This document shows positions 1 to 10,935 of a stretch of 64,000 bases of DNA, one piece after another; positions within the stretch are counted from its first letter, which is position 1, and every line of letters starts with the position of its first letter. The notes beneath the pieces are model-generated. The model worked only from the letters and a program-made list of their open reading frames with translations, did no database searches and was not told the DNA's origin. The position numbers were made by a program, and so were the translations under genes. The DNA comes from Pseudomonadota bacterium (GTDB lineage Bacteria > Pseudomonadota > Gammaproteobacteria > DSM-16500): contig JAZKAT010000034.1 of the NCBI GenBank assembly GCA_040389045.1, positions 5,323 through 69,322 of the forward strand, written 5' to 3'.

Positions 1-1126
1 TGCGTTCATGCGCCGCCGACATTTGCGTGCGAATACGCGCCTGCCCATGGGGCACCACGGGATAAGAAAATCCAATCACATAAATTCCTTCCTCAAGCAG
101 CGCGTCAGCCATGGTTTTCGCCAGCTTCGCATCGCCCAGCATCACCGGAATAATCGGATGTTCACCGGGTATTAATTGGAAACCTAATTGCGTCAACCCG
201 TGACGAAAATATTCACTGTTATCATGCACACGCTGGATTAAATCATGCGACGACTCCAGCATGTCCAACACTTTGATGGAGGTTGCGGTAATCACCGGCG
301 CGAGTGAATTCGAAAATAAATAAGGTCGTGAACGCTGACGCAACCAGCTGATTATTTCCCGCTTGCCACTAGTATAACCGCCCGAGGCACCGCCCAACGC
401 TTTACCTAGTGTGCCAGTAATAATATCAATCCGGTCTTGCACATTGTGATACTCGGGTGTACCGCGGCCATTCTTGCCCATGAAACCTACGGCATGCGAA
501 TCATCTACCATGACCATCGCGTTATATTTATCGGCTAAATCACAAATCGCTGGCAAGTTGGCGAGTATGCCATCCATGGAAAATACGCCGTCAGTGGCGA
601 TTAAGCGAAAGCGGCAATTTTTGCTTTCTTTTAATTTGCTTTCAAGGTCTGCCATATCGTTATTCTGGTAACGGAAACGCTGCGCTTTGCATAAGCGTAT
701 ACCATCGATAATACTCGCGTGATTTAATGCGTCACTAATCACAGCATCTTCTGGCCCCAACAGTGTTTCAAACAAACCGCCGTTCGCGTCAAAACATGAT
801 GAATACAGTATGGTGTCTTCCATACCTAAGAATTTACTGAGCCTGTTCTCTAATTCTTTATGATCGGTTTGGGTGCCACAAATAAACCGCACGGATGACA
901 TGCCGAATCCGTATTTATCCAGGGATTGTTTTGCAGTTTCGATTAAAGTTTTATTGTTCGATAAGCCTAGATAATTATTGGCACAAAAATTCAGTACTTC
1001 TTCACCATCGTTTACGGAAATTTCTGCTTGCTGCGGAGAAGTGATAACACGTTCATTTTTATACAACCCGGTTTGTTTTAAATTTTCAATTTCACCGGCA
1101 AGAAATTGTAGAAAATCATTAGTCAT
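1..1126 (-). CDS. kbl: 2-amino-3-ketobutyrate CoA ligase (glycine C-acetyltransferase); C-terminal end runs off the window start
   Basis: Absent from the ORF track because there is no stop in the window. Reverse-strand reading from ATG 1126..1124 gives [32 protein letters not shown]...[10 protein letters not shown]...[12 protein letters not shown]...[15 protein letters not shown] (PLP-Lys motif). This is the alpha-oxoamine synthase pattern typical of Kbl. Confidence 0.85.
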   Translation of the reverse strand, partial: MTNDFLQFLAGEIENLKQTGLYKNERVITSPQQAEISVNDGEEVLNFCANNYLGLSNNKTLIETAKQSLDKYGFGMSSVRFICGTQTDHKELENRLSKFLGMEDTILYSSCFDANGGLFETLLGPEDAVISDALNHASIIDGIRLCKAQRFRYQNNDMADLESKLKESKNCRFRLIATDGVFSMDGILANLPAICDLADKYNAMVMVDDSHAVGFMGKNGRGTPEYHNVQDRIDIITGTLGKALGGASGGYTSGKREIISWLRQRSRPYLFSNSLAPVITATSIKVLDMLESSHDLIQRVHDNSEYFRHGLTQLGFQLIPGEHPIIPVMLGDAKLAKTMADALLEEGIYVIGFSYPVVPHGQARIRTQMSAAHER

Positions 1127-1221
1127 AAATAACGAGCGTCCTTAGGTTACTTTGTGGGGGAGATTATGGAGGAGAATTTGCAAGAGTTCAAATTACGTTA
1201 ACTTTCATTACTACTGCTACT

Positions 1222-1313
1222 CTGTCATTCCCGCGCAGGCGGGAATCCATTGTGAGCCGGTCGGGTGTTTTGAGCTTACCAGGAATGGATTCCCGCCTGC
1301 GCGGGAATGACAG
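1222..1313. repeat. REP/MITE-like palindromic element made of two inverted ATTCCC-N8-GGGAAT hairpin units around a ~35-nt spacer
   Basis: CTGTCATTCCCGCGCAGGCGGGAATCCAT...ATGGATTCCCGCCTGCGCGGGAATGACAG. The same architecture recurs at 22956..23047 and 47308..47393, with half copies at 50750..50778 and 60967..60992. Confidence 0.9.
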
Positions 1314-1325
1314 CAGTGGGTGGAT

Positions 1326-1613
1326 TTAACGACGGCGGTGTTTATGCGACCTTCTAGATTCTTCTTCTATCCTGTTGCAAACTGCGCATAAGGGCATGAT
1401 CTTGACATGCTTAGGATCGGCTTTTTTAATTTCAGGCATGAAGAAATAGAGTAGTTCAACCAAGCCTGCGATTTTCATCGCGAATTCTACTGTATCTAAA
1501 ATCTTTTTTCGGTAATATATGCCTCTGAGTTCACCGAGAAGTACTTTATCATTTTTATTGGCGTCTTTTTTGGCCACGGTGAGATACTTCAAGAATTCGT
1601 CTTTTAATCCCAT
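1326..1613 (-). CDS. hypothetical small protein with a basic C-terminal tail (RRSHKHRRR)
   Basis: 95-aa ORF with a GAGGT Shine-Dalgarno 5-9 nt upstream of the ATG. I recognise no family motif. Confidence 0.45.
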   Translation of the reverse strand: MGLKDEFLKYLTVAKKDANKNDKVLLGELRGIYYRKKILDTVEFAMKIAGLVELLYFFMPEIKKADPKHVKIMPLCAVCNRIEEESRRSHKHRRR

Positions 1614-1684
1614 ATAGCTACCTCTGTGATGACAAAAACCATCCCTTGGTAAACTTTAAACTCTTAATTCAAGTATATCCCAAT

Positions 1685-1954
1685 ATGGATAAAAACATGC
1701 CAGATAGCCCAATACTTTCAAAATTACGCTGGGCCTGCCGCCGCGGCATGCTGGAACTTGATGTTTTGCTTGGTAATTTTCTGGAAGAAGCCTTTGCTAC
1801 CGCCTCCACTACCGATCAAGCGTTGTTTGTTCAGCTGTTAGACAACAATGATCAAGATTTGTTTACTTGGTTGACCGGCAGAGCAACCCCCGAAAACGAG
1901 AAAAATGCGATAATTGTTGCTAAAATCCGCGATCATGCCTTTAACAGACATTAA
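1685..1954 (+). CDS. sdhE: FAD assembly factor SdhE (YgfY/CptB family)
   Basis: LSKLRWACRRGMLELDVLLGNF...LFVQLL...DQDLFTWL matches the SdhE RGxxE core. The track ORF starts at a TTG (1646); I prefer the in-frame ATG at 1685, which gives the usual ~89 aa. Confidence 0.85.
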   Translation: MDKNMPDSPILSKLRWACRRGMLELDVLLGNFLEEAFATASTTDQALFVQLLDNNDQDLFTWLTGRATPENEKNAIIVAKIRDHAFNRH

Positions 1955-2396
1955 AATCCGTGTTTCTGCCTCCTTCACCACGCTGCTGATAGTCATTCTT
2001 TGCGCCAGTCTACTCATTATTGGGTCCTTATCGATTGCACTGGCTTGGAAGGTGCTGCTGATTTCAGTGGCACTTTTTTATGGATTGCACATTTTATGGA
2101 AAGATTGTTTACTGCTCAGCAGGCACTCTATCACTGAACTCATATTAAGCCCATCCAGCTGGAAGTTAATAACAGCCCACCAGACATGGGAAGGCGAATT
2201 ATCCGGTGATAGCACATTGAGTGTTATAGCAAGCGTATTGCGCTTCAAGGTAGCAGGCCGCAAACGCAAACTGTCTTGTGTCATTTGCGCCGATGCCACA
2301 GACCGTGATACTTACCGTCAGTTACTCGTCTTATTACGCACCACGCAGGCGCGGGAAGCTGAACTAGTACGCCGTAACCGCCATGAAATCCATTGA
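1935..2396 (+). CDS. ygfX: YgfX/CptA-like inner-membrane protein (two TM helices)
   Basis: It lies immediately downstream of and overlapping sdhE, as in E. coli ygfY-ygfX. Two hydrophobic helices (LLIVILCASLLIIGSL, VLLISVALFYGLHILW) are followed by a soluble tail with LRF..GR. Confidence 0.6.
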   Translation: MPLTDIKIRVSASFTTLLIVILCASLLIIGSLSIALAWKVLLISVALFYGLHILWKDCLLLSRHSITELILSPSSWKLITAHQTWEGELSGDSTLSVIASVLRFKVAGRKRKLSCVICADATDRDTYRQLLVLLRTTQAREAELVRRNRHEIH

Positions 2397-2478
2397 CTGG
2401 CAGCAGGGTTTTGATTGGTGGTATCGTCGGCCAAAATGCGCTACTATCTGCACCTTTATTCGATACTAAAATATAACT

Positions 2479-4275
2479 ATGCAACATATCCGAAACTTTT
2501 CGATTATTGCCCATATTGATCATGGTAAATCGACGCTAGCCGACCGACTCATTCAACTTTGTGGCGGCTTGGCCGAACGCGAAATGGCTGAGCAAGTGCT
2601 CGATTCCATGGCCTTAGAACGCGAACGCGGCATCACCATTAAAGCGCATAGCGTCACTTTGTATTACGTGGCCGCGGATGGCATCAAATACCAATTAAAT
2701 TTCATTGATACACCCGGTCATGTCGATTTCTCTTATGAAGTTTCACGTTCTTTAGCGGCTTGTGAAGGTGCATTACTGGTAGTTGACGCGGGACAAGGCG
2801 TGGAAGCACAAACCCTGGCGGTTTGTTACATGGCGCTGGAAGAAGGCCTGGAAGTGATTCCCGTTTTGAATAAAATTGATTTGCCACAAGCTGATGCTGA
2901 CCGTGTCATTAAGGAAATCGAGGAAATCATCGGTCTGGAAGCGCAAAACGCCGTGCGCGTCAGCGCGAAAATGGGCATAGGCATAGCGGAAATGCTGGAA
3001 CGCTTGATTGCCGATGTACCCGCGCCAAAAGGTGATCCCGACGCACCCCTGCAAGCATTAATCATTGATTCCTGGTTTGATAGTTATCTTGGCGTAGTTT
3101 CTTTAGTGCGGGTGAAAAACGGTACGCTAAAAGTCGGCGACAAAATGCAAGTCATGTCCACCGGACGTAACCATGAAGTAAATGACCTTGGTGTATTCAC
3201 ACCTAAGCGTTTTTCAACAGGCAAGTTGAGCGCGGGTGAAGTTGGCTACGTAGTCGCAGGCATCAAGGAAATTAATGGCGCGCCGGTGGGTGACACCTTA
3301 ACGCATACGCACAAACCCGCTGCTGAGCAATTACCGGGTTTCAAAAAAGTAAAGCCACAGGTTTACGCGGGTTTATTTCCAATTAGCTCTGATGACTTTC
3401 CAGCGTTTCGCGAAGCACTGTCAAAACTTTGTTTGAACGATGCCGCGTTGTTTTTTGAACCTGAATCCTCTGAAGCGCTGGGGTTTGGTTTCCGCTGTGG
3501 ATTTTTGGGCTTGTTGCACATGGAAATCGTGCAAGAACGCCTGGAGCGTGAATATAATCTGTCGCTGATAACTACCGCGCCTACGGTTATATACGAAATC
3601 ATTACCACCAAAAACGAAACATTATATGTGGATAACCCGGCGAAATTACCCGTTATTAATCACATCAGTGAAATCCGGGAACCCATCGCCAAGGTAAACA
3701 TATTGGTCCCGCAGCAATATTTAGGTAACGTAATCACTTTATGTATAGAAAAACGTGGCGTCCAAAAAAATCTGTTATATCTTGGTAATCAAGTTTCTTT
3801 AACTTATGAAATACCAATGAATGAAGTCGTACTGGATTTCTTTGACCGCTTAAAATCCGTTAGCCGTGGTTACGCTTCACTGGATTATAGTTTTTCCTAC
3901 TTTCAGATTGCTGACCTGGTTAAACTGGATATACTAATTAATTCTGAAAAAGTGGATGCGTTAACATTGATAGTGCATCGCGATCAGTCAGTTTACAAAG
4001 GACGGCTAATTGCGGAAAAAATGCGGGAATTGATTCCCCGCCAAATGTACGATGTGGCGATTCAAGCCGCTATCGGCGCGAATGTAATCGCACGCACTAC
4101 CGTCAAAGCCTTACGCAAAAATGTCACCGCCAAATGTTACGGCGGCGATATATCACGTAAACGCAAGTTACTTGAAAAGCAGAAAGAAGGTAAGAAACGC
4201 ATGAAACAAGTGGGTAATGTGGAAATCCCACAAGAAGCATTTTTAGCTGTGTTAAAGCTTGATAATAAAAAGTAA
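2479..4275 (+). CDS. lepA: translation elongation factor 4 (LepA)
   Basis: [29 protein letters not shown] and NKIDL GTPase motifs in a 598-aa protein, directly upstream of lepB. Confidence 0.97.
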   Translation: MQHIRNFSIIAHIDHGKSTLADRLIQLCGGLAEREMAEQVLDSMALERERGITIKAHSVTLYYVAADGIKYQLNFIDTPGHVDFSYEVSRSLAACEGALLVVDAGQGVEAQTLAVCYMALEEGLEVIPVLNKIDLPQADADRVIKEIEEIIGLEAQNAVRVSAKMGIGIAEMLERLIADVPAPKGDPDAPLQALIIDSWFDSYLGVVSLVRVKNGTLKVGDKMQVMSTGRNHEVNDLGVFTPKRFSTGKLSAGEVGYVVAGIKEINGAPVGDTLTHTHKPAAEQLPGFKKVKPQVYAGLFPISSDDFPAFREALSKLCLNDAALFFEPESSEALGFGFRCGFLGLLHMEIVQERLEREYNLSLITTAPTVIYEIITTKNETLYVDNPAKLPVINHISEIREPIAKVNILVPQQYLGNVITLCIEKRGVQKNLLYLGNQVSLTYEIPMNEVVLDFFDRLKSVSRGYASLDYSFSYFQIADLVKLDILINSEKVDALTLIVHRDQSVYKGRLIAEKMRELIPRQMYDVAIQAAIGANVIARTTVKALRKNVTAKCYGGDISRKRKLLEKQKEGKKRMKQVGNVEIPQEAFLAVLKLDNKK

Positions 4276-4284
4276 TTTTACTAG

Positions 4285-5109
4285 GTGAGCAAACTCATGA
4301 ACTTCAATTTTGAATTAATCCTTTTCTACGCAGTTGTCGTCAGCGGCATAATCGCTTTATTTGATTTGATTTTTCTGGCGAAAAAACGCAAAGAAAGTTA
4401 CGCGTTAACAACTCAGGGCGTAAGCAACCCGCCGGAAATGAAATTACCGCTGATTATTGAGTACGCCTGGTCTTTCTTTCCCATATTACTGCTGGTGTTC
4501 TTACTGCGTTCATTTTTATATGAACCGTTCCGTATTCCATCCGGTTCACTGGAACCCACTTTACAAGTCGGCGATTTTGTCCTCGTCAACAAATATGATT
4601 ATGGCGTGCGTCTGCCGGTAGTCCATCACAAATTATCTCAGTATGGCGAACCTAAGCGTGGCGATATTTTCGTGTTCCGTTATCCGCCCGATCCTTCGGT
4701 TAATTTCATCAAGCGCGTTATCGGTTTGCCTGGCGATCACATCAAATATGTTGATAAAATTTTATATATTAACGGCAAGGAAATTCCACAAACTTTAACC
4801 GAAAATACTTCTCGCATTAACGAAGACGGACGCAAAGTCGCGATCGCCATTAAAGAAGAAGATTTATTAGGCGTCAAACACAAGATTTATCAAAATATTG
4901 ATGAACACAGCGAAGACTTCAACGATATCGTCGTACCTGACAATATGTATTTCGCCATGGGTGACAATCGCGATGACAGCGCTGACAGCCGCTATTGGGG
5001 CTTTGTGCCAGAAAACAATATCGTCGGCAAAGCTGTGTTAGTATGGATGAGCTGGGATTCAACCGATCATAAAGTCCGTTGGCAACGGCTGATTAAACGC
5101 ATTGATTGA
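4285..5109 (+). CDS. lepB: signal peptidase I
   Basis: PFRIPSGSLEPTL (catalytic Ser box), GDFVLVNK, IKRVIGLPGD, GDNRDDSADSRYWGFV. GTG start at 4285; the alternative ATG at 4297 is equally plausible. Confidence 0.95.
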   Translation: MSKLMNFNFELILFYAVVVSGIIALFDLIFLAKKRKESYALTTQGVSNPPEMKLPLIIEYAWSFFPILLLVFLLRSFLYEPFRIPSGSLEPTLQVGDFVLVNKYDYGVRLPVVHHKLSQYGEPKRGDIFVFRYPPDPSVNFIKRVIGLPGDHIKYVDKILYINGKEIPQTLTENTSRINEDGRKVAIAIKEEDLLGVKHKIYQNIDEHSEDFNDIVVPDNMYFAMGDNRDDSADSRYWGFVPENNIVGKAVLVWMSWDSTDHKVRWQRLIKRID

Positions 5110-5119
5110 GAGCGCAACC

Positions 5120-5785
5120 ATGAGTGATGAATTAGCCCGCAAATTAGGTTATACATTTAACGATGGCAATAGCCTGAAAATTGCGTTAACGCATCGCAGC
5201 AGTCATGAAAAAAATAATGAACGAATGGAATTTCTCGGTGATTCTATCGTTAATTTTATTATTGCCGAAGCGCTCTTTGAACAATTTCCCGAAGCCCAGG
5301 AAGGCGAGTTAAGTCGCTGGCGCGCCACCCTGATTAACCGTGACACTTTGGCTGATATCGCGCGTGACTTTGATGTAGGGCGTTTTTTGTATTTAGGGCC
5401 CGGCGAATTAAAAAGCGGCGGCAGTGAGCGTAAATCTATTTTATCTTGCGCCATGGAAGCGATTATTGGCGCGATTTATCTGGATAGTGATTTTATCACG
5501 GTAAAAGAATGTGTCTTGTCATGGTATGAACCTTTACTGAATTCATTATCCAGTTCAGGCAGTCACAAAGATCCAAAAACCGTGTTACAGGAATATTTAC
5601 AAGGTTCACGCAAACCGTTGCCGGTTTATCTGGTAGACACCATTGAAGGGGAAGCACACCAGCAAGTATTTATTGTGAGCTGCCAAATTAGCGGACTCGA
5701 AGAAAAATCAATTGGACGCGGCACCAGCCGTAGGCGTGCGGAACAAAATGCCGCCGAAAATATGTTAAGGATTATTCGAAAATGA
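5120..5785 (+). CDS. rnc: ribonuclease III
   Basis: NERMEFLGDSIVNFIIAEALF (RNase III signature) plus a C-terminal dsRBD (KDPKTVLQEYLQ...GRGTSRRRAEQNAA). ATG 5120 is chosen over the upstream TTG at 5102. Confidence 0.95.
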   Translation: MSDELARKLGYTFNDGNSLKIALTHRSSHEKNNERMEFLGDSIVNFIIAEALFEQFPEAQEGELSRWRATLINRDTLADIARDFDVGRFLYLGPGELKSGGSERKSILSCAMEAIIGAIYLDSDFITVKECVLSWYEPLLNSLSSSGSHKDPKTVLQEYLQGSRKPLPVYLVDTIEGEAHQQVFIVSCQISGLEEKSIGRGTSRRRAEQNAAENMLRIIRK

Positions 5786-6672
5786 CTACTCCATCACGTT
5801 GTGGCTATATCGCTATTATTGGACGACCGAATGTCGGCAAGTCAACCTTGCTGAATTGTATTTTGCGCAGAAAAGTCAGCATCACCACAGAAAAACCGCA
5901 AACGACTCGCACCCAGATTCTCGGCATCCAAACCAAAGGTGCTGATCAATATGTTTATATCGACACACCTGGCTTGCATGAAGCGGGTAAGCTCGCTATG
6001 AACCGTTACATGAACCGGATGGCAACTTCAGTCATTGGCGATGCTGACGTAATTCTATTTATGATTGAAGCAGGGCGCTTTGGCCGCGAAGATGCGCAAG
6101 CCTTGGAAAAATTACAACATGTAACCAAACCGGTTATTTTAGTCATCAATAAAATCGACAAGCTGAAAGACAAAGCATTGCTATTACCTTTTATCGAAAA
6201 AGTATCAATTAAATTCCCCTTCGCTGACGTGGTACCGCTGTCAGCAAAAAATGCCGATAACGTAGATGCATTAGAAACTGTTATCGCGAAATTTTTACCG
6301 GAGAACCCGCATTTTTTCCCGGATGACCAAATTACTGATAAGCCCATCAATTTTCAAATCGGGGAGCTAATCCGCGAAAAATTGATTCAAGCGACCGAAC
6401 AGGAATTGCCTTACAGCACAATTGTTGAAATTGAAAATATGGAAGATAAAACTAAATTTATCGAAATCAACGCGATTATCTGGGTAGAACGCGATGGTCA
6501 AAAACCCATAGTCATAGGCAAAGATGGCGAACGCTTAAAAAAAATCGGTACGCGCGCGCGTAAGGATATTGAAACACTGTTGGAACGCAAAGTTTTTTTA
6601 CGGTTGTGGGTCAAGGTCAAAGCCAGTTGGACTGACAACGAACGGGCATTGAAGAATTTTGGTTATGAGTAA
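5782..6672 (+). CDS. era: GTPase Era
   Basis: GRPNVGKSTLLN, DTPG and NKID motifs with a KH domain at the C-terminus. ATGA overlap with rnc. Confidence 0.95.
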   Translation: MTTPSRCGYIAIIGRPNVGKSTLLNCILRRKVSITTEKPQTTRTQILGIQTKGADQYVYIDTPGLHEAGKLAMNRYMNRMATSVIGDADVILFMIEAGRFGREDAQALEKLQHVTKPVILVINKIDKLKDKALLLPFIEKVSIKFPFADVVPLSAKNADNVDALETVIAKFLPENPHFFPDDQITDKPINFQIGELIREKLIQATEQELPYSTIVEIENMEDKTKFIEINAIIWVERDGQKPIVIGKDGERLKKIGTRARKDIETLLERKVFLRLWVKVKASWTDNERALKNFGYE

Positions 6673-6677
6673 TCAAC

Positions 6678-7391
6678 ATGCGTATCACCCTGCAGCCAGC
6701 GTTTGTTTTACATCATCGCGCCTATCGCGAAACTAGCGTTATCCTGGATTTGCTGACGGAAGATCATGGCCGTATCAGCGCGGTAGTCCGCGGTGTGCGC
6801 CAGCCTAAATCGAATTTAAAATCCCTGTTACAACCCTTTATTCCATTGTTAATTTCCTGGCAAGGCAGATCCGAGTTGATGACGCTGCTGGCGGTGGAAG
6901 CCAATGGTTATACGCAAGGCTTGGCTGGTGCCAGTCTGTTAAGCGGGTTGTATGTCAATGAATTGCTGATGCGGGTGCTGCCCAAATACGATGCGCACCC
7001 AGGACTTTATACCATTTATCAGCAGACTTTGTTAGAATTAGGCAATCCGGATTTACTGCAAAAATCACTGCGATTATTTGAAAAAAACCTGCTGGAAGCA
7101 TTAGGTTATGGCCTGCAACTAAAGTATGACATTCACCGCCAGCCCATTGTCGCAGAGCATTTTTATCGTTATCACGCTGAGCTTGGGTTTGAAGCATACC
7201 CCGCCACGGCAAATTCCGCATTATTTTCTGGAACGAGTTTATTGGCACTCGCGGCAGGTCAATTGCACGAAGCCAGTATTTTACTGGAAATTAAGCATTT
7301 AATGCGTTTAGCGTTAGCGCCGTTGTTAGGACAATATCCAATACGAAGCCGTCAATTGTATGCATCACGTAAAGAGGTAGAAAAAAAATGA
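6678..7391 (+). CDS. recO: DNA repair protein RecO
   Basis: The N-terminal AFVLHHRAYRETSVILDLLT OB-fold pattern, plus its position between era and pdxJ. Confidence 0.85.
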   Translation: MRITLQPAFVLHHRAYRETSVILDLLTEDHGRISAVVRGVRQPKSNLKSLLQPFIPLLISWQGRSELMTLLAVEANGYTQGLAGASLLSGLYVNELLMRVLPKYDAHPGLYTIYQQTLLELGNPDLLQKSLRLFEKNLLEALGYGLQLKYDIHRQPIVAEHFYRYHAELGFEAYPATANSALFSGTSLLALAAGQLHEASILLEIKHLMRLALAPLLGQYPIRSRQLYASRKEVEKK

Positions 7392-8131
7392 ACAAATTAC
7401 CTATATTGCTGGGCGTTAACATCGACCATGTCGCCACTTTGCGGCAAGCCCGCCATACCCGTTACCCAGACCCCGTTGAAGCGGTGTATGCCGCGGAAAA
7501 AGGCGGAGCGGATGGTATTACTATCCATTTACGCGAAGACCGCCGCCACATTCAGGAACGCGATGTTGATTTAATCAAGCATGTATTATTAAGCCGTTTG
7601 AACCTGGAAATGGCGGTCACCCCAACCATGGTTAAATTCGCTGAAAATCTGGCGGCAAAGCATTGCTGTTTTGTGCCGGAAAAACGTGAAGAATTAACCA
7701 CGGAAGGCGGTTTGAATGTAATCGCGGATGAAAAAAATATCCACGATGCTTGTCAGCGTCTGGCGGCGGTGGGTAGCGAAGTGTCATTATTTATTGATCC
7801 TGATATAAAACAAATTGAAGCTGCTTTACGTTGCGGCGCGCCGGCCATTGAAATTCACACCGGTCAATACGCAGATGCCAAAAACAAGATTGAGCGTGAC
7901 CTTGAATTAAAACGGGTAGTTGAAGCAGCCAAATTTGCTTATCAAGCGGGATTGGTGGTGAATGCTGGCCATGGTTTGAATTATCAAAACACGGAAGCGA
8001 TTGCAAGCATCCCGGAAATTAATGAATTAAATATCGGTCACGGTATTGTAAGCCATGCTATTTTTGTAGGTTTGCAAAACGCGGTACGCGAAATGAAAAA
8101 TTTAATGCTGGCGGCACGACATCATTCTTAA
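7388..8131 (+). CDS. pdxJ: pyridoxine 5'-phosphate synthase
   Basis: LGVNIDHVATLRQAR, GITIHLREDRRHI, HTGQYA, NAGHGLNY. Confidence 0.95.
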   Translation: MNKLPILLGVNIDHVATLRQARHTRYPDPVEAVYAAEKGGADGITIHLREDRRHIQERDVDLIKHVLLSRLNLEMAVTPTMVKFAENLAAKHCCFVPEKREELTTEGGLNVIADEKNIHDACQRLAAVGSEVSLFIDPDIKQIEAALRCGAPAIEIHTGQYADAKNKIERDLELKRVVEAAKFAYQAGLVVNAGHGLNYQNTEAIASIPEINELNIGHGIVSHAIFVGLQNAVREMKNLMLAARHHS

Positions 8132-8143
8132 AGGAAGTTATCC

Positions 8144-9556
8144 ATGATAAAAACCCGATTTTCACCAAGCCCTACGGGAATGCTGCATTTAGGCAATGTG
8201 CGCGCGGCATTGTTTAGCGCTTTGTATGCCACCCAAAACACTGGCCATTTCATTTTGCGTATCGAAGACACGGATGCCTTGCGCTCTGAACATACCTACG
8301 CCGAGCTGTTGCAGGATGATTTAAAATGGTTAGGCTTAAACTGGCAGGAAGGCCCCGGTGTAGGCGGCCCGCAAGGACCGTACTGGCAATCCGAGCGTAG
8401 GGAAGTCTATGCACAATATTATCAGCGTCTTGAAGACAATAATCAGGCCTATCCTTGTTTTTGCAGTGAGCAGGAATTAGCATTGAGCCGTAAGCTCCAA
8501 CTTTCCCGTGGCAAACCGCCGCGCTATGCCGGCACTTGCAGCGCGCTAGACAAAGCCGAAGTTATTAATCGTATTAATGACGGTAAAAAACCGGCGCTGC
8601 GTTTTCGTGTACCTACCAACAAAGTTATTGAATTCGTTGATCTTGCCAAAGGCCTACAGCATTTTAATAGTGATGATATTGGTGATTTTATTATTCGGCG
8701 CGCGGAAGGCACAGCTTCGTTCATGTTTTGTAACGCGATTGATGATTCGCTGATGCAAGTCACTCATGTATTGCGCGGCGAAGACCATTTAACCAATACC
8801 CCGCGGCAGTTAATGATTTTACAAGCCTTAAGTATGACGACGCCACAATACGGACATTTATCATTAATTCTGGGTGATGATGGCGCGCCCTTGTCAAAGC
8901 GCCATGGCAGTTTCAGTTTGCATGATTTGCGGGAACAAGGGTATCTGCCAACCGCGATATTAAATTATCTGTCACGGTTAAGCCACACCTTTGACGAACA
9001 AAAACTCATGGATTACGCGACCCTCGCCGCCAATTTTAATCTGGAAAGAATGAGCCGCGCCGCCGCGCGTTTTGACCGAAGTCAGTTATTACATTGGCAA
9101 AAAGAAGCAATAATGGCGCTGAACCATGAACAATTATGGCAATGGCTAGGCGAAGACGTACAGAAGTCAGTTCCTCCGCAATTCAAAGATTTATTTATTG
9201 AAACAGTACGGCCTAATGTTTATTTCCCTTTTGAAGCGGAAGACTGGGCGCGTATTTTCTTTAACAATGGTCTTGAAATTGATACGGAAAAATTAGCCGT
9301 CTTAAAAGACGCCGGTGAAAAATTTTTTACGACCGCCGAACTTGCCGTTGCGACCCATGGCGCGGACTTGAAAATGATTTTAGAAAATTTGAAAGAGCAA
9401 TTAAATATTTCGGGCAAACGTTTATTTATGCCGGTGCGCATCGCGCTGACCGGTCAATTACACGGACCGGAACTTTTACAAATTGTGGGCTTGTTAGGTA
9501 AAGATAAAATGCAGCAGCGTTTTGCTCACGCATTATCGTTAGTAAGGAATTCATAA
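8144..9556 (+). CDS. gltX: glutamate--tRNA ligase
   Basis: RFSPSPTGMLHLGNVR (HIGH) and PLSKRHG (KMSKS) in a 470-aa protein. Confidence 0.95.
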   Translation: MIKTRFSPSPTGMLHLGNVRAALFSALYATQNTGHFILRIEDTDALRSEHTYAELLQDDLKWLGLNWQEGPGVGGPQGPYWQSERREVYAQYYQRLEDNNQAYPCFCSEQELALSRKLQLSRGKPPRYAGTCSALDKAEVINRINDGKKPALRFRVPTNKVIEFVDLAKGLQHFNSDDIGDFIIRRAEGTASFMFCNAIDDSLMQVTHVLRGEDHLTNTPRQLMILQALSMTTPQYGHLSLILGDDGAPLSKRHGSFSLHDLREQGYLPTAILNYLSRLSHTFDEQKLMDYATLAANFNLERMSRAAARFDRSQLLHWQKEAIMALNHEQLWQWLGEDVQKSVPPQFKDLFIETVRPNVYFPFEAEDWARIFFNNGLEIDTEKLAVLKDAGEKFFTTAELAVATHGADLKMILENLKEQLNISGKRLFMPVRIALTGQLHGPELLQIVGLLGKDKMQQRFAHALSLVRNS

Positions 9557-10929
9557 TGTTAATGATTTATAACAGTCTCACGCAGCAGAAAGAAACTTTC
9601 CAGCCAATTACACCGGGCAAAGTTAAAATATATGTCTGCGGCGTCACTGTTTATGATTATTGCCATATTGGCAACGCGCGTACTTACACCGGGTTTGATG
9701 TGATTATCCGCTACTTGCGTTGGCGCGGACTGGAAGTTACCTATGTGCGCAATATCACCGATATCGATGATAAAATTATTGAGCGGGCGAAGGAACGCAA
9801 GGAAGACTTTACCGCTATTGTGGAACAGTTTACCCAAGCCATGCATGAAGATTTAACGGCGATAGGCTTGGCAACACCCAATGAAGAACCACGCGCCACT
9901 GCTTTTATTCCACAAATTATTACCATGATAGAAACACTGATCGCCAAGGGTTATGCCTATGTCGCAGAAAATGGCGATGTTTATTATGAAGTACGTAAAT
10001 TTAAAAATTATGGTTGTCTTGCTCACCGCGACATAGACAAACTGGAAAGTGGGGCGCGGGTTGAAATTAATGATGTTAAGCGTGACCCATTGGATTTTGT
10101 TTTATGGAAACTGGCTAAACCACTTGAACCCAAATGGCCATCGCCCTGGGGTGAGGGCAGGCCAGGCTGGCATATCGAATGTTCGGCGATGTCAGTCAAT
10201 CTGCTGGGCGCGAATTTTGATCTGCACGGTGGCGGCAAAGATTTAATTTTTCCGCACCATGAAAATGAAGTGGCGCAGTCAGAAGCGGCCACCGATACAA
10301 AATTTGTTAATGTCTGGATGCATGCGGGATTTCTGCAATTTGACAAAGAAAAAATGTCAAAATCACTTGGCAATTTTTTTACGGTGCGCGATTTATTAAA
10401 AGTGCATGCGCCGGAAGTGCTACGATATTTTCTTATTACCAGCCATTATCGCAGTCCTTTGCAATATTCCGAGTCCACCATAGTCCAGGCCCGCAATGCG
10501 CTTGAACGTTTTTATACGGCATTAAAAAATTTACCGGCTGTTGCCGCGATAGAAAACAGTGATTATGAACAACAATTTATTGTAGCGATGGATGATGATT
10601 TTAATACGCCTATTGCGCTGTCTGTTTTATTTGAGTTAAGCCATGAAGTGCAACGATTACGTGATAAAGACCCGGAGGCCGCAGCCGCTCATGCCGGTTT
10701 GTTAAAGAAGTTAGGCGGTGTACTGGGGATATTACAGGATGATCCCGTGACATTTTTACAAGCAGGTTCCAAAGTGGATGCGGATAAAATTGAAGCGCTC
10801 ATTTTGGCGCGAAATAAAGCCCGCACTGAAAAAAATTGGGCGGAAGCGGATAAGGTACGTGATGAACTGGCGGCACTATCTGTTATTTTAGAAGATGGTC
10901 CTGACGGTACTTCCTGGAAAATTGGCTGA
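9556..10929 (+). CDS. cysS: cysteine--tRNA ligase
   Basis: YVCGVTVYDYCHIGNAR (HIGH), GWHIECSAM and KMSKSLGN. Its start overlaps the gltX stop (TAATG). Confidence 0.95.
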   Translation: MLMIYNSLTQQKETFQPITPGKVKIYVCGVTVYDYCHIGNARTYTGFDVIIRYLRWRGLEVTYVRNITDIDDKIIERAKERKEDFTAIVEQFTQAMHEDLTAIGLATPNEEPRATAFIPQIITMIETLIAKGYAYVAENGDVYYEVRKFKNYGCLAHRDIDKLESGARVEINDVKRDPLDFVLWKLAKPLEPKWPSPWGEGRPGWHIECSAMSVNLLGANFDLHGGGKDLIFPHHENEVAQSEAATDTKFVNVWMHAGFLQFDKEKMSKSLGNFFTVRDLLKVHAPEVLRYFLITSHYRSPLQYSESTIVQARNALERFYTALKNLPAVAAIENSDYEQQFIVAMDDDFNTPIALSVLFELSHEVQRLRDKDPEAAAAHAGLLKKLGGVLGILQDDPVTFLQAGSKVDADKIEALILARNKARTEKNWAEADKVRDELAALSVILEDGPDGTSWKIG

Positions 10930-10935
10930 GGTAAT